64,000 bases of DNA, taken from NCBI GenBank assembly GCA_000004985.1, contig GG738891.1; one strand, given 5' to 3'. The notes under the pieces are model-generated. The model saw only the letters and a program-made list of their open reading frames with translations. It was not told the DNA's origin and ran no database searches. Position 1 is the first letter of the stretch. The number at the start of each line of letters is the position of its first letter. The DNA is from Naegleria gruberi. Taxonomy: Eukaryota. The position numbers and the translations under genes are program-made. This document shows positions 31,050-42,787 of this stretch, piece after piece.

Positions 31050-33570
31050 ATGACAACTGAATTGGCTGATGAAGTAGAAACCATCAGAAAGACCTTTCCA
31101 ATTCTATTACACGATGAGGAATTTTCAGATGGAGCCATGCACGTCTCTCTTCGTTATTCGGAACGTGGTAATATCGTAGAGGCTAATCTGTGTTGGGATT
31201 GTAACATGTCATTAGAGGATTTTGTAAATAATACTTGTTGTAATGAATATCATTTGCCAATTTATTTAAAAGATAGTATTACTCATCAATTGTATGAATT
31301 AGTTAGAGAGAGACAATTAGTGAGAAATGATCAAATTACTTGTGATTTTTTCCAATCAACTTTTAGACATCAAGATGATGATGATGAGGAATTGAAACAA
31401 CAAGAAGAACAACAGGCACATGTACAATTTGGACAAGCAATTGATGATTATCGGGATGATGATGATGATGAAGAAGGAGAAGGATGTGATGATGATGATG
31501 ATGATGATGATTATTATTACGATTCGGAAGATAATGAAGATGATGTGGAACAAGACAATGATGAAGAAAATAATGATGAAGATTATTCGGAGGAGGAAAT
31601 TACAGAAGAAGAGGCAACAACTGAATCTGATATTGGAACTTATACAACAACTGAATCGACAATAATAGAAACTGAACAGCATCCAATGAACTTTTCACAA
31701 TTTTACAAGGTTTTTCATTCAAGTGCTACTAGTCAAATTACCTTGACCAAAGTAGCAAATGATTTAAAGTGTGTATATCAGGATAAATATCAAGAAAGAG
31801 ATAGAGGCATTAATCAAATTCAAAAAGAGTATGTTTTATTGAATTTTGAACTCTGAGTCATTTATCACAATTTTATCTAAATTTCACAATAATTATTATA
31901 GACATAGAGATGGAGTTGAACAAAATAATGAAAGAATTGATCAGGTTCAACAAATGGTTCTTGATCACATGAAAGAATTGGAAGAATTTGAGGAAAGATG
32001 GAATTTAGAATTGAGTGAATTGAGAACGAATATCAAACAAACTTTTTGGAATTTTGTGCATGATTTTGAAAAGGATGAAGATAAATCCAAACCAAAAAAC
32101 AAGCAATCCAACACTGTTAGGAGTAAGGAAGAACTCCTACTACCAGGATTCAGATTGATGGAACCAAGAGGCAAACAATTTGAACTTTTATTGAGAAATG
32201 AATTACAAGAAAAGTCAAATACTCAGATTGTTTCAAAATTCGCCTACTTGAAAAGTATTTTAAAGAGAATTAAAAAGAAATCTAATTCTCCAAAGGTTAC
32301 TGTCAATGATCCTTGGACCGTTGTTGAGGATTATGATGCCATTGAACATGTTCAATCAAGTTCGAGTACTCATTCTAACAATCCAGCATCTAGTCAAGAG
32401 CTTGCTAAATCTGCCCTCAACTCTATCAAAATATTCATGAAGAGTCTTTTCAGGGATAACAGATTACTGACAGATATTCCACGATTGATTCAAAATGAAA
32501 GATTCCACGTCTTGTCCTTCTACAAGAAGATTGAACGAATGTATCTCGAGTCAGATGAAATTTTCAGTCCATATGATGATTCATTTGTTTTCATTGAGGA
32601 TGAGAGTGAGAAGGAGGATCCAAACAAGAGATTGTGTGGAAGAATATTTGTAATTTACACTGCTGATATGAGCGATTGTATTTCTAAAAACTACAAGAAG
32701 GATGAAGAGGAAAGAGACTATGAGGAGGAGTATCTTTTATTCAAAACTAGACACTTGTACAATTTGTATCAATCTAGATTGAGTGCACTTGTGGTGAGTA
32801 GTTGCATTCATGATGATCCACAGGATGAGAATGATTCTACCATGAATCAACAAGTTCTCTCTTGGACTATGAGGGACATGGAGAGAATTTCATTTGAGGC
32901 CAATCATGGACAAGGCCCAGATTTTCATTTCCCATCCCTCAATGATCAAGTTTCCCAAATGAAAAGAGACATTAGAAGAAGGTTGAAGAGACAGGAGGCC
33001 ATTGATTTGGGCGAATATTATTTGACCAAACATTCAAATCTGAGTTATGCCAATTGCCTATTCCATATGGTTGCACAATTGGATTCCAAAAAGGAGCATA
33101 ATCTCGACGATTACAACAAGATTCTTCAAGCATACTCAAATATTATAGATGAATGTAGAAATATGGGTATTAGAAATTTATCTATTCAATTACCACTCTC
33201 ACTATCTTACAAACATCCTAAAATTGATGGAAATTTACCAAATGGAGATACTATTATATTGCAAATTAGGGATATTATGAAGATTTATTTAAAGAAACAG
33301 AAAGAATATGGATCATGGTTCCTCCCTAATCTATTCTTCTATTGTCCAAAGAATCCAAAACATTCATCAGGAGATTTCCAATGTCAGTGTCACTATTCCA
33401 TTCTCAAAACATCAGATGATATTTTACATGTTTCAGGTAGTGAAAATTCAGACAATCGCTATGAAGAAAGTCACAATGAGAATGATAATCTTCACAAGTA
33501 CATTGTTGAACCATTCTTCAAATCTTATTTGAATTCCAATATTCAATTACCACCTTCATGGATGCAATAA
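31050..33570 (+). CDS. Hypothetical acidic protein of about 830 aa with a poly-Asp tract. Exons are 31050..31838 and 31902..33570.
   Basis: The two track ORFs are joined in frame by a 63-nt GTATGT..TATAG intron. No known domain recognised. The (GAT)n tract encodes D8-D9. Confidence 0.45.
31486..31512 (+). repeat. (GAT)9 coding microsatellite, giving poly-Asp in the acidic protein.
   Basis: Direct tandem triplet in the sequence. Confidence 0.9.
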
Positions 33571-33663
33571 AACTTGAACAACGTTTGTTCTTAAAATATC
33601 TCATTAACTTTTTCATGTTAAATTGAAAAGTGTGTAAATGTACATTGTGAGTTAATATTTATT

Positions 33664-34728
33664 TTACAAATCATCATTAAATCTATCCAATCCAGCATCT
33701 TGATTTGAATGCATTGATGTAAACATGGATCTAATTGACTTTTTAGGTTTTGCTTGTTTAGAATTAGGATATCTCCATTCAGGATTCGGTTGATAAGTTT
33801 CAAAAGTTCTCAATACTTTTACCAAATGTTGAAAACACTCCTCAACATTCTTTCTAGTTTTTGCCGAAACATAATAAATCGGACATGATAATTTCAATTC
33901 ATTCTTGACAATCATTGAAATTGTCTTTTCTGGAATATGACTCATCAAATCACACTTATTTCCAACAATTACACATGGAAAATCCAAATTATCTAGAGTA
34001 GGACATGGCCTATATTTATCATTCTTTATCGATCTAATTTGCTCAATAAATGGTTGAAGTCTACGAAGTGATTCATCTGCTCGAGAAACATCAAAAACTA
34101 GAATAAATCCATAACATGATTGCATGTAGGATTGTCTTAGTGCCTAGTTTCGAATAGTTTCAATTGAAATAGATATGATTATAATCAGTCCATGAAATAT
34201 TATAATAATTGAGTAATACTATTTCAATATATATAGTTACCTTATAATCATCTGCATTACAATAAATTGTAAATAATTAGGATCATTATTATATTCGAAA
34301 GTATACTTACCTTGTCCGGCAGTATCAATAATTTCCATTTCCAAACTCAAATCATCATATTGTCTCTTTACATAAAAACTCGTTTCAATAGTTGGATCAT
34401 ACAACTATTAAATATTTAAATATTATTACAAAAATATTACAAAATATTGTAATTGGTAATATTGTTATATTCGAAAGTGATTATTTGAAAAGAAACCTAC
34501 ATCCTCTCCTTCAAATTTATTTTGTGTATACTGGATAGTCTTTTTTTCCGAAATACGTTTATTTCCACAACTTTCGAATAATTTATTGAACCTACCACCG
34601 ATGTTTTTCCAACTCCACCATCTCCAACCTAATTGTTATTATTATTCAGAATATATTTGATGATGAAAAATTAAAACACGTACGATGGCGACTTGGTAAA
34701 AATTTACATTGTCTTTGGTTTTTGGCAT
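33664..34728 (-). CDS. Ras-family small GTPase with six exons. Exons are 34728..34684, 34628..34596, 34539..34501, 34404..34311, 34251..34241 (an 11-nt micro-exon) and 34143..33664.
   Basis: The spliced product carries VGDGGVGKTSVTIQYTQNKFEGEDLYDPTIETSFYVKRQ (G1 and switch I), DTAGQDDYKALRQSYMQSCYGFILVFDV (G3) and NKCDL and SAKT (G4/G5). The donors are GTACGT, GTAGGT (twice), GTAAGT and GTAACT. All acceptors end in AG. Each junction restores Ras-like sequence. There is no C-terminal CAAX box; the protein ends in FNDDL. Confidence 0.65.
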
Positions 34729-35672
34729 TTTTTTTATAGTTTGGCAGATGACATGTTAAAAAGGAACGCGATTATGGCAACCAAAATAATCAGAATGGGA
34801 AGGTTCATCATATTGTAGTTAATTTTTCGTGATATTATATTGTACTTGTTTACAATAATACTATTTAATGTTATTGTAAACTATTGAATTGTGCGCGGGA
34901 GATGACCTTTCAATGGAAAGAATCTTATTTTGATTGATTAGAACTTCAATAGTTTTGTAGATCGTACACGTGTCTTGAAGTGAGGAGGTAGGTGTAGAAA
35001 CATTCAAATTGATTAGAAAGATATTCAGCTCAAAAAAAGACTTTGAGTTTCTGAATTGGCTATTTTTGAAAATTAATGAAAAACTGGTCATGTAGCTAAG
35101 GAGGAAAGCTTTAATCTTCAATGGAGCCCTGTTCATCAAGTAATCAAGTCATTTACATACAATGAAACTTCACTTTCTGATAGAAATTCGAAACTAGCTC
35201 AGTGATTGACTCTAGTTGTGTAGTCGTTATATCTCCATCAGTTCCATCAGTTATGGAACTTTTCAAAGCTGTCATTAATAGTACATCTCTTGCAACATGA
35301 ATTACAATGGTTCACTAAAAAGTTGAAATCATTTTACAATGACTATCTTTTGGCTTTTTTCTTTGAACAGTTCAACAATTTACAAACTTTTTCACAACTA
35401 CCAACACAGGTTGCCACATCAATTGATTCGGAATTCCAATTATTATTAATTTCACTACTTTCCAACTAACATTTCGCAATAGCAATAGGGCTAATTACCT
35501 GCGAGCTGTATTAACAAACACATCGTAGAATCGTACTTGATAGAGATTGTCCTCACCACATCGACTCTCACTTGACCACCAGATGAATTTGAATGATGAA
35601 ATGAGCATTGCTGCCTTGCACTTAATATCCATTATCGATAGTTGAAAGTAGTTGAAACGCTGTTGCTTATTC

Positions 35673-35802
35673 TTCGCGCACTTGGAGCACTTGCGGTATA
35701 GCATCTAAGTGCGCCACTGCTTTCTGCTCAAGAGAGAATCTCCTAGTGCTGCAGCAAGGACGATGTTCGGCAATTTTTTTCCAAACTTAAGTGCGCCAAA
35801 GT
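35673..35802. promoter_or_regulatory. Cluster of three GCGC-core E2F-like motifs upstream of the ABCB gene. They are TTCGCGCAC at 35673-35681, TAAGTGCGCCAC at 35707-35718 and TTAAGTGCGCCAAAG at 35788-35802.
   Basis: The same AAGTGCGCC(A) word is seen at 24167. The cluster lies 120-250 bp upstream of the ATG at 35919. A further GC-rich word TGTGCGCGGGAG sits at about 34885 near the divergent Ras-like gene. Confidence 0.35.
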
Positions 35803-35918
35803 CTTTCTCGAAAATAGATTCAAACAGAAAAAAAAAACAACGCCACATTTGTGTTGATATTATCTCATCTATATAATTGCTACTAGTTATTAGATAACAC
35901 CAAGAATAGAGAGAGAAA

Positions 35919-38059
35919 ATGGCTAGTGAAGTGAATATGTTGAGTGGCACATCGGTCGATTTGAATGATGAAAAGCCTTCGGATCACAAAGTACACGTAG
36001 AACCAGCACCACCACAGGCACAATCCCGAAATCCTTTCAAAAGACTTAAACAACGAAAAGAGAAGGCTAATTTGAAACATAATAGTGAAGAAATACCAGA
36101 TCCTAGGGACCCTAAAATTGGTTTTAAAGACCAAATGGTTCTATTCAAAATGTTTGGAGCAGCAAATTGGTTTTTAATCTTTTTGGGTAGTATTGGTGCT
36201 ATGGGGTAAGTAGTTTATAATGATATGATGATTCTAATGTATTTAGTGCTGGTGTTATTCCATTGACTTTCCAATTTGTTTTGGGAGATTTATTGAATTC
36301 TTTGGCTACTGCTTTTGCAGATCCTAATGCTTTGAGAGATAGTGTTAATACAATTGCTGCTAAATTTGCAGGTATTGCATTGGGTGCTTTGATTGCGAAT
36401 TTCATGATGCAATTCTTTTTGAACTGGGCTTCCGAACGTATTGCTGTTGCTTTAAGAGAAGGATATTTCAATGCTCTTACAGCTCAAGAAATGGCCTTTT
36501 TTGATATTAAGAAAGTTGGTACTCTTACTGTAGCACTCAGTGAGGATGTTGCCAAAATTCAAGATACTTATACTTTAAAGTTTGCCACATTTTTACAACA
36601 AATGACACAATCCGTAGTTGGTATTGTTCTTGCCTTTGTCAGTAGTTGGCAAATGAGTTTAGTCATGATTTCAACTTCACCATTGATGGTTGTGTTTGTT
36701 GGTGGTTTGTCACAAATGATTAAGTGGTTGACCAAAAAAACAAACGATGCCAATGAACACTCTGCTGCCATTGCTACAGAAATTATTTCTTCAATGAGAA
36801 CTGTTAGAAGTATGGCTGGTGAAATTAAAGAACAAAATAGATTTAAGGAAGATTTGAAGAAGGTTGGATTATTCGGTTTTTGGAAAGCAATGTTCCAAGG
36901 TTTAACATTTGGTTCAATTACCTTCATTCTTTGGGGTACTGTTGCTTTGGCATTTTGGGTAAGTAGTAGTATGCATTTATTTAATGATAACTGTTTATTA
37001 TTAGTATGGTGGTGGTTTGACTGTTGATAAAACTATCACTCTTGGTGATATGTTTAAGGTATTCGGTCTTATGCTTATGGGTGTTCTCGGTCTCTCCCAA
37101 GCAGGTACCTTCTTCCCAGATTTGAGTAAGGCAAGAATGAGTCAAGTTACTCTTTTGAAAGTTATTAGAAGAAGTCCAGAAATTCCATTCAAGGGTGGAA
37201 AGACTTTGGAAAATATTTCTGGTAATATTTCTATTAGAAATGTCGATTTTATCTATCCTTCTCGTCCAAATATTACTGTTTTGAAGAACTTCTCCCTTGA
37301 AATTACACCAGGTCAATCCGTAGCTCTTGTTGGTCCTTCAGGTTCTGGTAAATCAACCATTGTTGGTCTTGTTGAAAGATTTTACAATGCAAACTCTGGT
37401 CAAATCTACATTGATGGTGTTGATATTACTGAACTCGATCCAATGTGGCTTCACAGAAAGATTGGTATTGTTACTCAAGAACCAGTGCGTAAGTATCTTT
37501 TGTTTTTATGCAATTAACAATTTGGAAAATAGTTTTTGCTTGTAGTATTAGAGATAACATTGCCTATGCTGTTGGTGCCGAAAATGTTACACAAGAACAA
37601 ATTGAAGATGCTGCTAAAGCTGCCAACTGTCACAATTTCATTGTTGATCTCCCAGAAGGTTATAACACAATGTTAGGTGAAAAGGGTGTTTCATTATCAG
37701 GTGGTCAAAAGCAAAGAATTGCTATTGCTCGTGCCTTGTTGCAAAATCCATCTGTTCTTTTATTGGATGAAGCTACATCTGCATTGGATACTGAATCAGA
37801 AGCTCTCGTTCAAGCTGCTTTGGACCATTTAATGAAAGGACGTACTTCAATTTGTATTGCCCACAGACTTTCAACAGTTAAGAACTCTGACACCATTTGT
37901 GTTTTGGCTAAGGGTGTTTTGGTTGAAAAGGGTAAACATGAAGAATTGTTACAAATTGAAAATGGTGTTTACAAAAAGTTAGCTGAAAAGCAAATGATGT
38001 TTGGTAAATCAGAGAGTAAGATTGATTTGGAAGCAGTTATGGATATTATTGAAGAGTAA
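35919..38059 (+). CDS. ABC transporter, ABCB-type half-transporter (TMD-NBD), of about 670 aa. Exons are 35919..36205, 36247..36958, 37005..37488 and 37533..38059.
   Basis: Walker A reads GPSGSGKST. The Q-loop joins across the intron as [17 protein letters not shown]. The ABC signature is [14 protein letters not shown]. Walker B is [11 protein letters not shown]. The H-loop reads IAHRLST. The introns are 41, 46 and 44 nt and each restores conserved ABCB sequence. Confidence 0.8.
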
Positions 38060-38279
38060 ACAATTTTGATAGAGAACGATTGTAAATAAATATTACGAGT
38101 TATTTAATTCTTTTACAAACTCTGAAAATATTCCCATATTGAATGAACATGCAAATTGTGATTCATTTTATTCCACTGCCGTATTATAATATTGAAGACT
38201 ATTGTAAAAATAGCATTTACAATATACTACGTATTTCAAATACGCATTTGCTGGATTATGAAAATATTATTAAAAAAAA

Positions 38280-39458
38280 ATGTCATCACTCAATCATGAA
38301 CAACGATTTTCCCGAATTGAAAAATTATTCAAAAACTTAGCCTCTACCCACAATCCTTCCGGAGAAGAATCCAATCTCATGCTCGAGATTAAATCCTTTC
38401 TACTCGATCACCAATTGATTGACAATTCAAATAGTTGTCATGATAATTTCCTCCTCTTTGATACTCAAATTGGAATGATATTCAAATGTAGTACTTTCAA
38501 TGATGAGAATCAAAATTTCATTTCGGATGAAAATTCACCATCGATTTGTTTATTTGCTCATCTTGATAGTGATCACATTGAATTGGAACAAGAAAAATTG
38601 AAACAATTAATTTGGAGAAGAGATGAAAATCTTCTTTACTATTCAAATAATGAAGAAATTGTTGAGGTTGGACTTGATGATAAGAGTGGAATTTGTGTCA
38701 TTTTGGAAACCTTGTTGAGATTGAAAGAAATGAAGGGTATTAGAGTGAATGTTTATGTTTGTTTTTCAGTACAGGAAGAAACTGGACAGAAAGGAGTTAT
38801 GAGAATGGATCATTTGATGTTTAAATCAATGGTTGAGGATGGAGGAGTGGGTTGTGGAATTGCTGTTGATAGAATGACATATTATCATCCAGAAAATAAG
38901 AGACATTTAGTGGACGAATATTGCCGAATTCCATTGATACCCAACGATCAAAAAGACTCTTTCATGAATCAATTTAATAAGAGCAGTCAATTGGTGGAGG
39001 GATGCGACATTGATTTCATCCCAAGTGAAAATTGCAGTGATCTATTGGAATATAAAATCAAATTGGATTGTGAAATTATTGCACCAGAAATGTTAGAATC
39101 CTTAAACGCTCACGATGTTAAATTATTCGAAAAACTTTCAACTCTCTTAGAGAAATATGAAAATATCACGAGTGAAATTAAGAAAATTATGAATAACATT
39201 TCAGCAACGAGTAGAGTGAGTGGATTTAAAAGTCATCCAAGATTTACCAGATATCAACTGGCACATCAAATTAATTCATTGATTTACTCTGACAAGGTAT
39301 TGAAATTTTACAATGAAACATCATTGAAAAAGTATTTAAATGTTTCTTTTGTAAATTTGAGTTTGGATTATGATGACAGTTGTGGATTTGTTTCTTTGAA
39401 AGAATTGGATAATACAGCTGAAATTTTATTTGATTTTATTAGAAATTATCACCTTTAA
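38280..39458 (+). CDS. M42-family (FrvX/CelM/glutamyl-aminopeptidase-like) metallopeptidase homolog. Intronless. 392 aa.
   Basis: The motifs resemble M42/M20 peptidase blocks. LFAHLDS matches AHMDEIG. GLDDKSG matches ALDDRAG. FSVQEETGQKG matches FTVQEEVGLRGA. ATG is at 38280 after an A9 run. The identity rests on short motifs only. Confidence 0.4.
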   Translation: MSSLNHEQRFSRIEKLFKNLASTHNPSGEESNLMLEIKSFLLDHQLIDNSNSCHDNFLLFDTQIGMIFKCSTFNDENQNFISDENSPSICLFAHLDSDHIELEQEKLKQLIWRRDENLLYYSNNEEIVEVGLDDKSGICVILETLLRLKEMKGIRVNVYVCFSVQEETGQKGVMRMDHLMFKSMVEDGGVGCGIAVDRMTYYHPENKRHLVDEYCRIPLIPNDQKDSFMNQFNKSSQLVEGCDIDFIPSENCSDLLEYKIKLDCEIIAPEMLESLNAHDVKLFEKLSTLLEKYENITSEIKKIMNNISATSRVSGFKSHPRFTRYQLAHQINSLIYSDKVLKFYNETSLKKYLNVSFVNLSLDYDDSCGFVSLKELDNTAEILFDFIRNYHL

Positions 39459-39662
39459 AATTATTAATAAATTGATAGAATGCAAAACAATCCATTTATC
39501 ATTGTAATTTGAATACTAGTGCCATCTTCCTTGTGTTCATCAGGTATCCTTGATACATGATCTAAGACAATATTCTGAATTCTCAAATTGATAACTTACT
39601 GATCAGCCATCTTCATGATAAAATCTTTATTGATGGTTTTGAAACAACTTATTTTAAATAGC

Positions 39663-41558
39663 TCACTTGTATGAAATTTCTTTCATATCAAAGCTAGTAT
39701 TGATAAAGTCAATGATGTTCTTCTGAGTGTTTGTAATCAAGTGAGATTTACCTTGCATTGTGGTAATTCTAGATCTAAAGTCTCGTTCATCGAGTGATAA
39801 GTTCAGAATGGCATCTAAATTTAACAATAAATCAGAAGTATAGTCTTCCAAACGAGATAGATGGTCATTAAATAAATAACCATAGGTCTCTAACATTAAA
39901 AATTCCTTCTCTGACTTTTTGGTTGTGTTAAATTTGATTTTGAGTGTGTCAAATCCGAAATGAATGTAAGCAAATGCATAACATGAACGTAAGAGTCTTC
40001 TACATCTGTAGATATTTCTGAAAGAGTCGAGAAGGAATTTGAGATCCTTGGTTGGTCTAATATGGAAAAACTTTTCCTTATAATTTGCAATTTCGAGTCG
40101 ATAGTGACCTGTTCGTTTATGTTCCTCCAACCATTGATTGTGTCTTCTGTATAATGAGACGAATCTTCCATAAAGTTCTTCTGCTGCAGAGAATAATTTA
40201 ATATCTTCAGATGTTTTCACTGTCTTTGGAGCACAAACTGTTTCAGCATGAACGTAGGATGTATACTCTGAACCACACTATCGATGAAGAATCAAAACTA
40301 AACTCTCTTTGATGATGATACTTACAATATAACAAAATTCATGTCCACAAACACAATTAATGTGATTACATCCAACATCCTTAAATATAATTCTTTTACA
40401 CTTGTTACATTGTTGACTTGTTCTGTGAATAAACTCTTTCGATGCAAAATCATCCTGAGCAATAGTCAAGAATCTCTTATACACATCACATGAGCATGGG
40501 AAGTGAGGATCCTTATCACATTGGAAGCAACACTCTTCACCACACTTGCATTGAGCAATGTACAAACTTTCATCACATAGTTTCTTGATTGCATAGGGAC
40601 CATCACAGCCTGGATTAGGACACCACTTTAGTCTGTAACTTGAACCCACATATGAATCAATCTTTCTCTGGAAAAACTTTTCAAATAATTCCTTATCTTC
40701 CTTTGGATCCAATTGTGACAACATAAATGTCTCAGTAAGTGTAGTCTTACATGAATAGTCCATACACTTTACAGTATTATCATTCATTGCTGTTTTGACA
40801 TGATTGACAATATATTCCTTCCAACAAGTTCTACAGAAAACATGTCCACACATATCATATGCGTACAATGGAACATCATCTGAATAACAAGCATCACATG
40901 TGCCAATTGTTGAAGATGAACATGATTTTTTGAAATCTGGATTGAGTCCACACTTGGTTAATAAAGCATCCAATCCCAAATCACCATAATCTCTAATTAA
41001 TTTCTCTGTATTCCACTGATATTCCTTCAACATACATTCCACAAATACTTTACTCTTCAATTGAAGAGTTTCAGCTGCTGTCTTTACTTCTGCCTCTTGA
41101 TCTTGCAATAATTCCTTTGTATCAAGTACCTTGTACAATTCTCCTTTTGTTTTAAATTCCCTCGTCTTGACAACTTCTACAAAGGCAGATTCGTCCACTT
41201 GTTCACCAATATCATCATCAAAGTAATGTTCTTCTCCTACTATATCATCTTCATTGTATTCAATTTCCTCCTCCTCTTCATAATTTTCCTCTTCATGATC
41301 ATGATGATCACAACCACATTCCGGCGTCTCGTGCTCTTCTTCCTTCTCTTCATCATCAATTGAAGCTTCCAATAAATCACCATTCTCCTCACACATCTGA
41401 ATGACAGTCTCTATGGCAAGAGCCTCATCTAAATTACAATCCAAAACCACTTGATGGAGTGTTTGGAGGCTAATACTGGGAAAGAGTTCGTTCAATGAGA
41501 GAACGATTGCTTTTATTTTTTCCTTTCGTTTGTCCTTCTCGGATTGTTGTTGACTCAT
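39663..41558 (-). CDS. RBR (RING-between-RING) E3 ubiquitin ligase of the Ariadne type, with an acidic N-terminus. Exons are 41558..40326 and 40277..39663.
   Basis: RING1 reads CDACYSDDVPLYAYDMCGHVFCRTCW. The IBR reads WCPNPGCDGPYAI...CKCGEECCFQC. RING2 reads CNKCKRIIFKDVGCNHINCVCGHEFCYIC and joins across a 48-nt GTAAGT..GATAG intron. A C-terminal Ariadne-like domain follows. Confidence 0.7.
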
Positions 41559-41682
41559 TTTTTTATTTTGTTGATTTCTACGCTGTTTGTTTTCGAAATT
41601 GAAGTTGAGATGCTGAAAGTTCTTTGATAATGAAAAACAAACAAGAGTACTAAGTTACAAAAAAGGAAAACTTAAAAGGAAA

Positions 41683-42530
41683 GGGGACCAGTGGGAATCG
41701 AACCCACGGCCTCTCGCACCCAAAGCGAGAATCATACCACTAATTTTTATGAAAGGGATTTGTGAAGAAGGGATCTGTGAGGAAGGGATCCGTTACAAAA
41801 GGGATTCATTGAGAATGTGTTAGTTACTTTCGAATATTTAATTGAAATTTGATCTATATTAAAAAAAATTGCGGAAGGGGTAGTCTCTTTTTTGAAATTA
41901 ATAAAAATATACAATTTTGAAAATTAAAAATCAAGTTTTTTTATTGTTATTTGATGTTTGATTATTTTCTGTAAATTGATTAATTTCACATTTTCTATTA
42001 TGACAATAATGTGAATAATTAACACTTTTTGATGGTTTGTAATTTTGATTCATTTTCTTTTTTAAAATTTAATCTCATTCTAATTTTTAAAAATGTAATT
42101 GTTCATATTATTAAAATGTTATTTTTCTATTTACAATAAATTATTCTATCTCTCTTGAATATTTTTAATAATTGTAAATTTTCTAAAAAAAGGAAATAGA
42201 TAATATTCAATTAAATCCCTTCTAATTTTAAATTTTTTTTTGAGAAAGGGATTTGTGAGGAAGGGATTCATTGCAAAAGGGATCCGTTCTGAAAGGGATT
42301 CATTGAAAAATGGATTCATTATGGATGTGATAGTTTCAAATTTTAATTAATAATATAAAATTAACACAATATTTATTCTATTTATATACATTTCTTTTTT
42401 TGGTAATGGATTTCATTGCAAAAGGGATCCGTTAAAGAAGGGATTCATTACAGAAGGGATCTGTTACAAAAGGGATTCATTGTAAACGTGTTTCATTGAG
42501 AAAGTGTTTCTACCACTAGACCATGGTCCC
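41683..42530 (-). pseudogene. tRNA-Pro (UGG) gene interrupted in the D-arm by a 768-bp insertion. The 5' part is at 42511-42530. The 3' part is at 41683-41742.
   Basis: The 5' part reads GGGACCATGGTCTAGTGGTA. The 3' part reads TAGTGGTATGATTCTCGCTTTGGGTGCGAGAGGCCGTGGGTTCGATTCCCACTGGTCCCC. Joined, they give a canonical 72-nt tRNA-Pro that is very similar to animal tRNA-Pro. The 8-nt TAGTGGTA is present at both junctions as a target-site duplication. Confidence 0.75.
41743..42510 (-). mobile_element. Non-autonomous insertion of about 768 bp inside the tRNA-Pro gene. It is flanked by an 8-bp TSD (TACCACTA on the + strand).
   Basis: There are no terminal inverted repeats. In tRNA orientation the 3' end is A-rich (CATAAAAAT) and abuts the TSD, which is SINE or retroposon-like. 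There is no ORF. Inside are three arrays of direct 15-16-bp repeats with consensus AAGGGATYCRTTR (41751-41830, 42247-42335, 42404-42500). These are separated by very AT-rich spacer. Confidence 0.5.
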
Positions 42531-42787
42531 TTACGTTTAAAATCCATTATATTTAAAATTGGTGCCTATAATACGGACTACATCTATTTTCCTTGTGTGA
42601 TTCATTACAAAAGGATGGCTATTCAAAACTTTAGAAGGTTACAATTTTAAATGTACTTTGCATGTTACTCACTATTTTTAGTGTCCCAATAGATTTCACT
42701 CACATTCTATTGAAGGTGTTGTGAAAAAAAAAGCACCAACAACCAATACCTTTACTAATCGCTCACTGCCAGCAGTTCATTACCAAC

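Noticed and set aside
31356-31682. Overlapping ORFs encoding poly-Ile (minus strand) and poly-Met (plus strand).
   Set aside because: They are artefacts of the (GAT)n/(ATG)n microsatellite encoding the poly-Asp tract of the real gene in another frame.
41751-42500. Arrays of 15-16-bp direct repeats that superficially resemble a CRISPR array or minisatellite.
   Set aside because: This is a eukaryotic nuclear context. The units are contiguous with no unique spacers and lie inside an insertion in a tRNA gene. I treat them as internal repeats of a mobile element.
41683-42530. Reading the split tRNA-Pro as an intron-containing functional tRNA.
   Set aside because: The interruption is in the D-arm with a perfect 8-bp duplication, which is the hallmark of insertion. 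Canonical eukaryotic tRNA introns sit at 37/38 and are under 100 nt.
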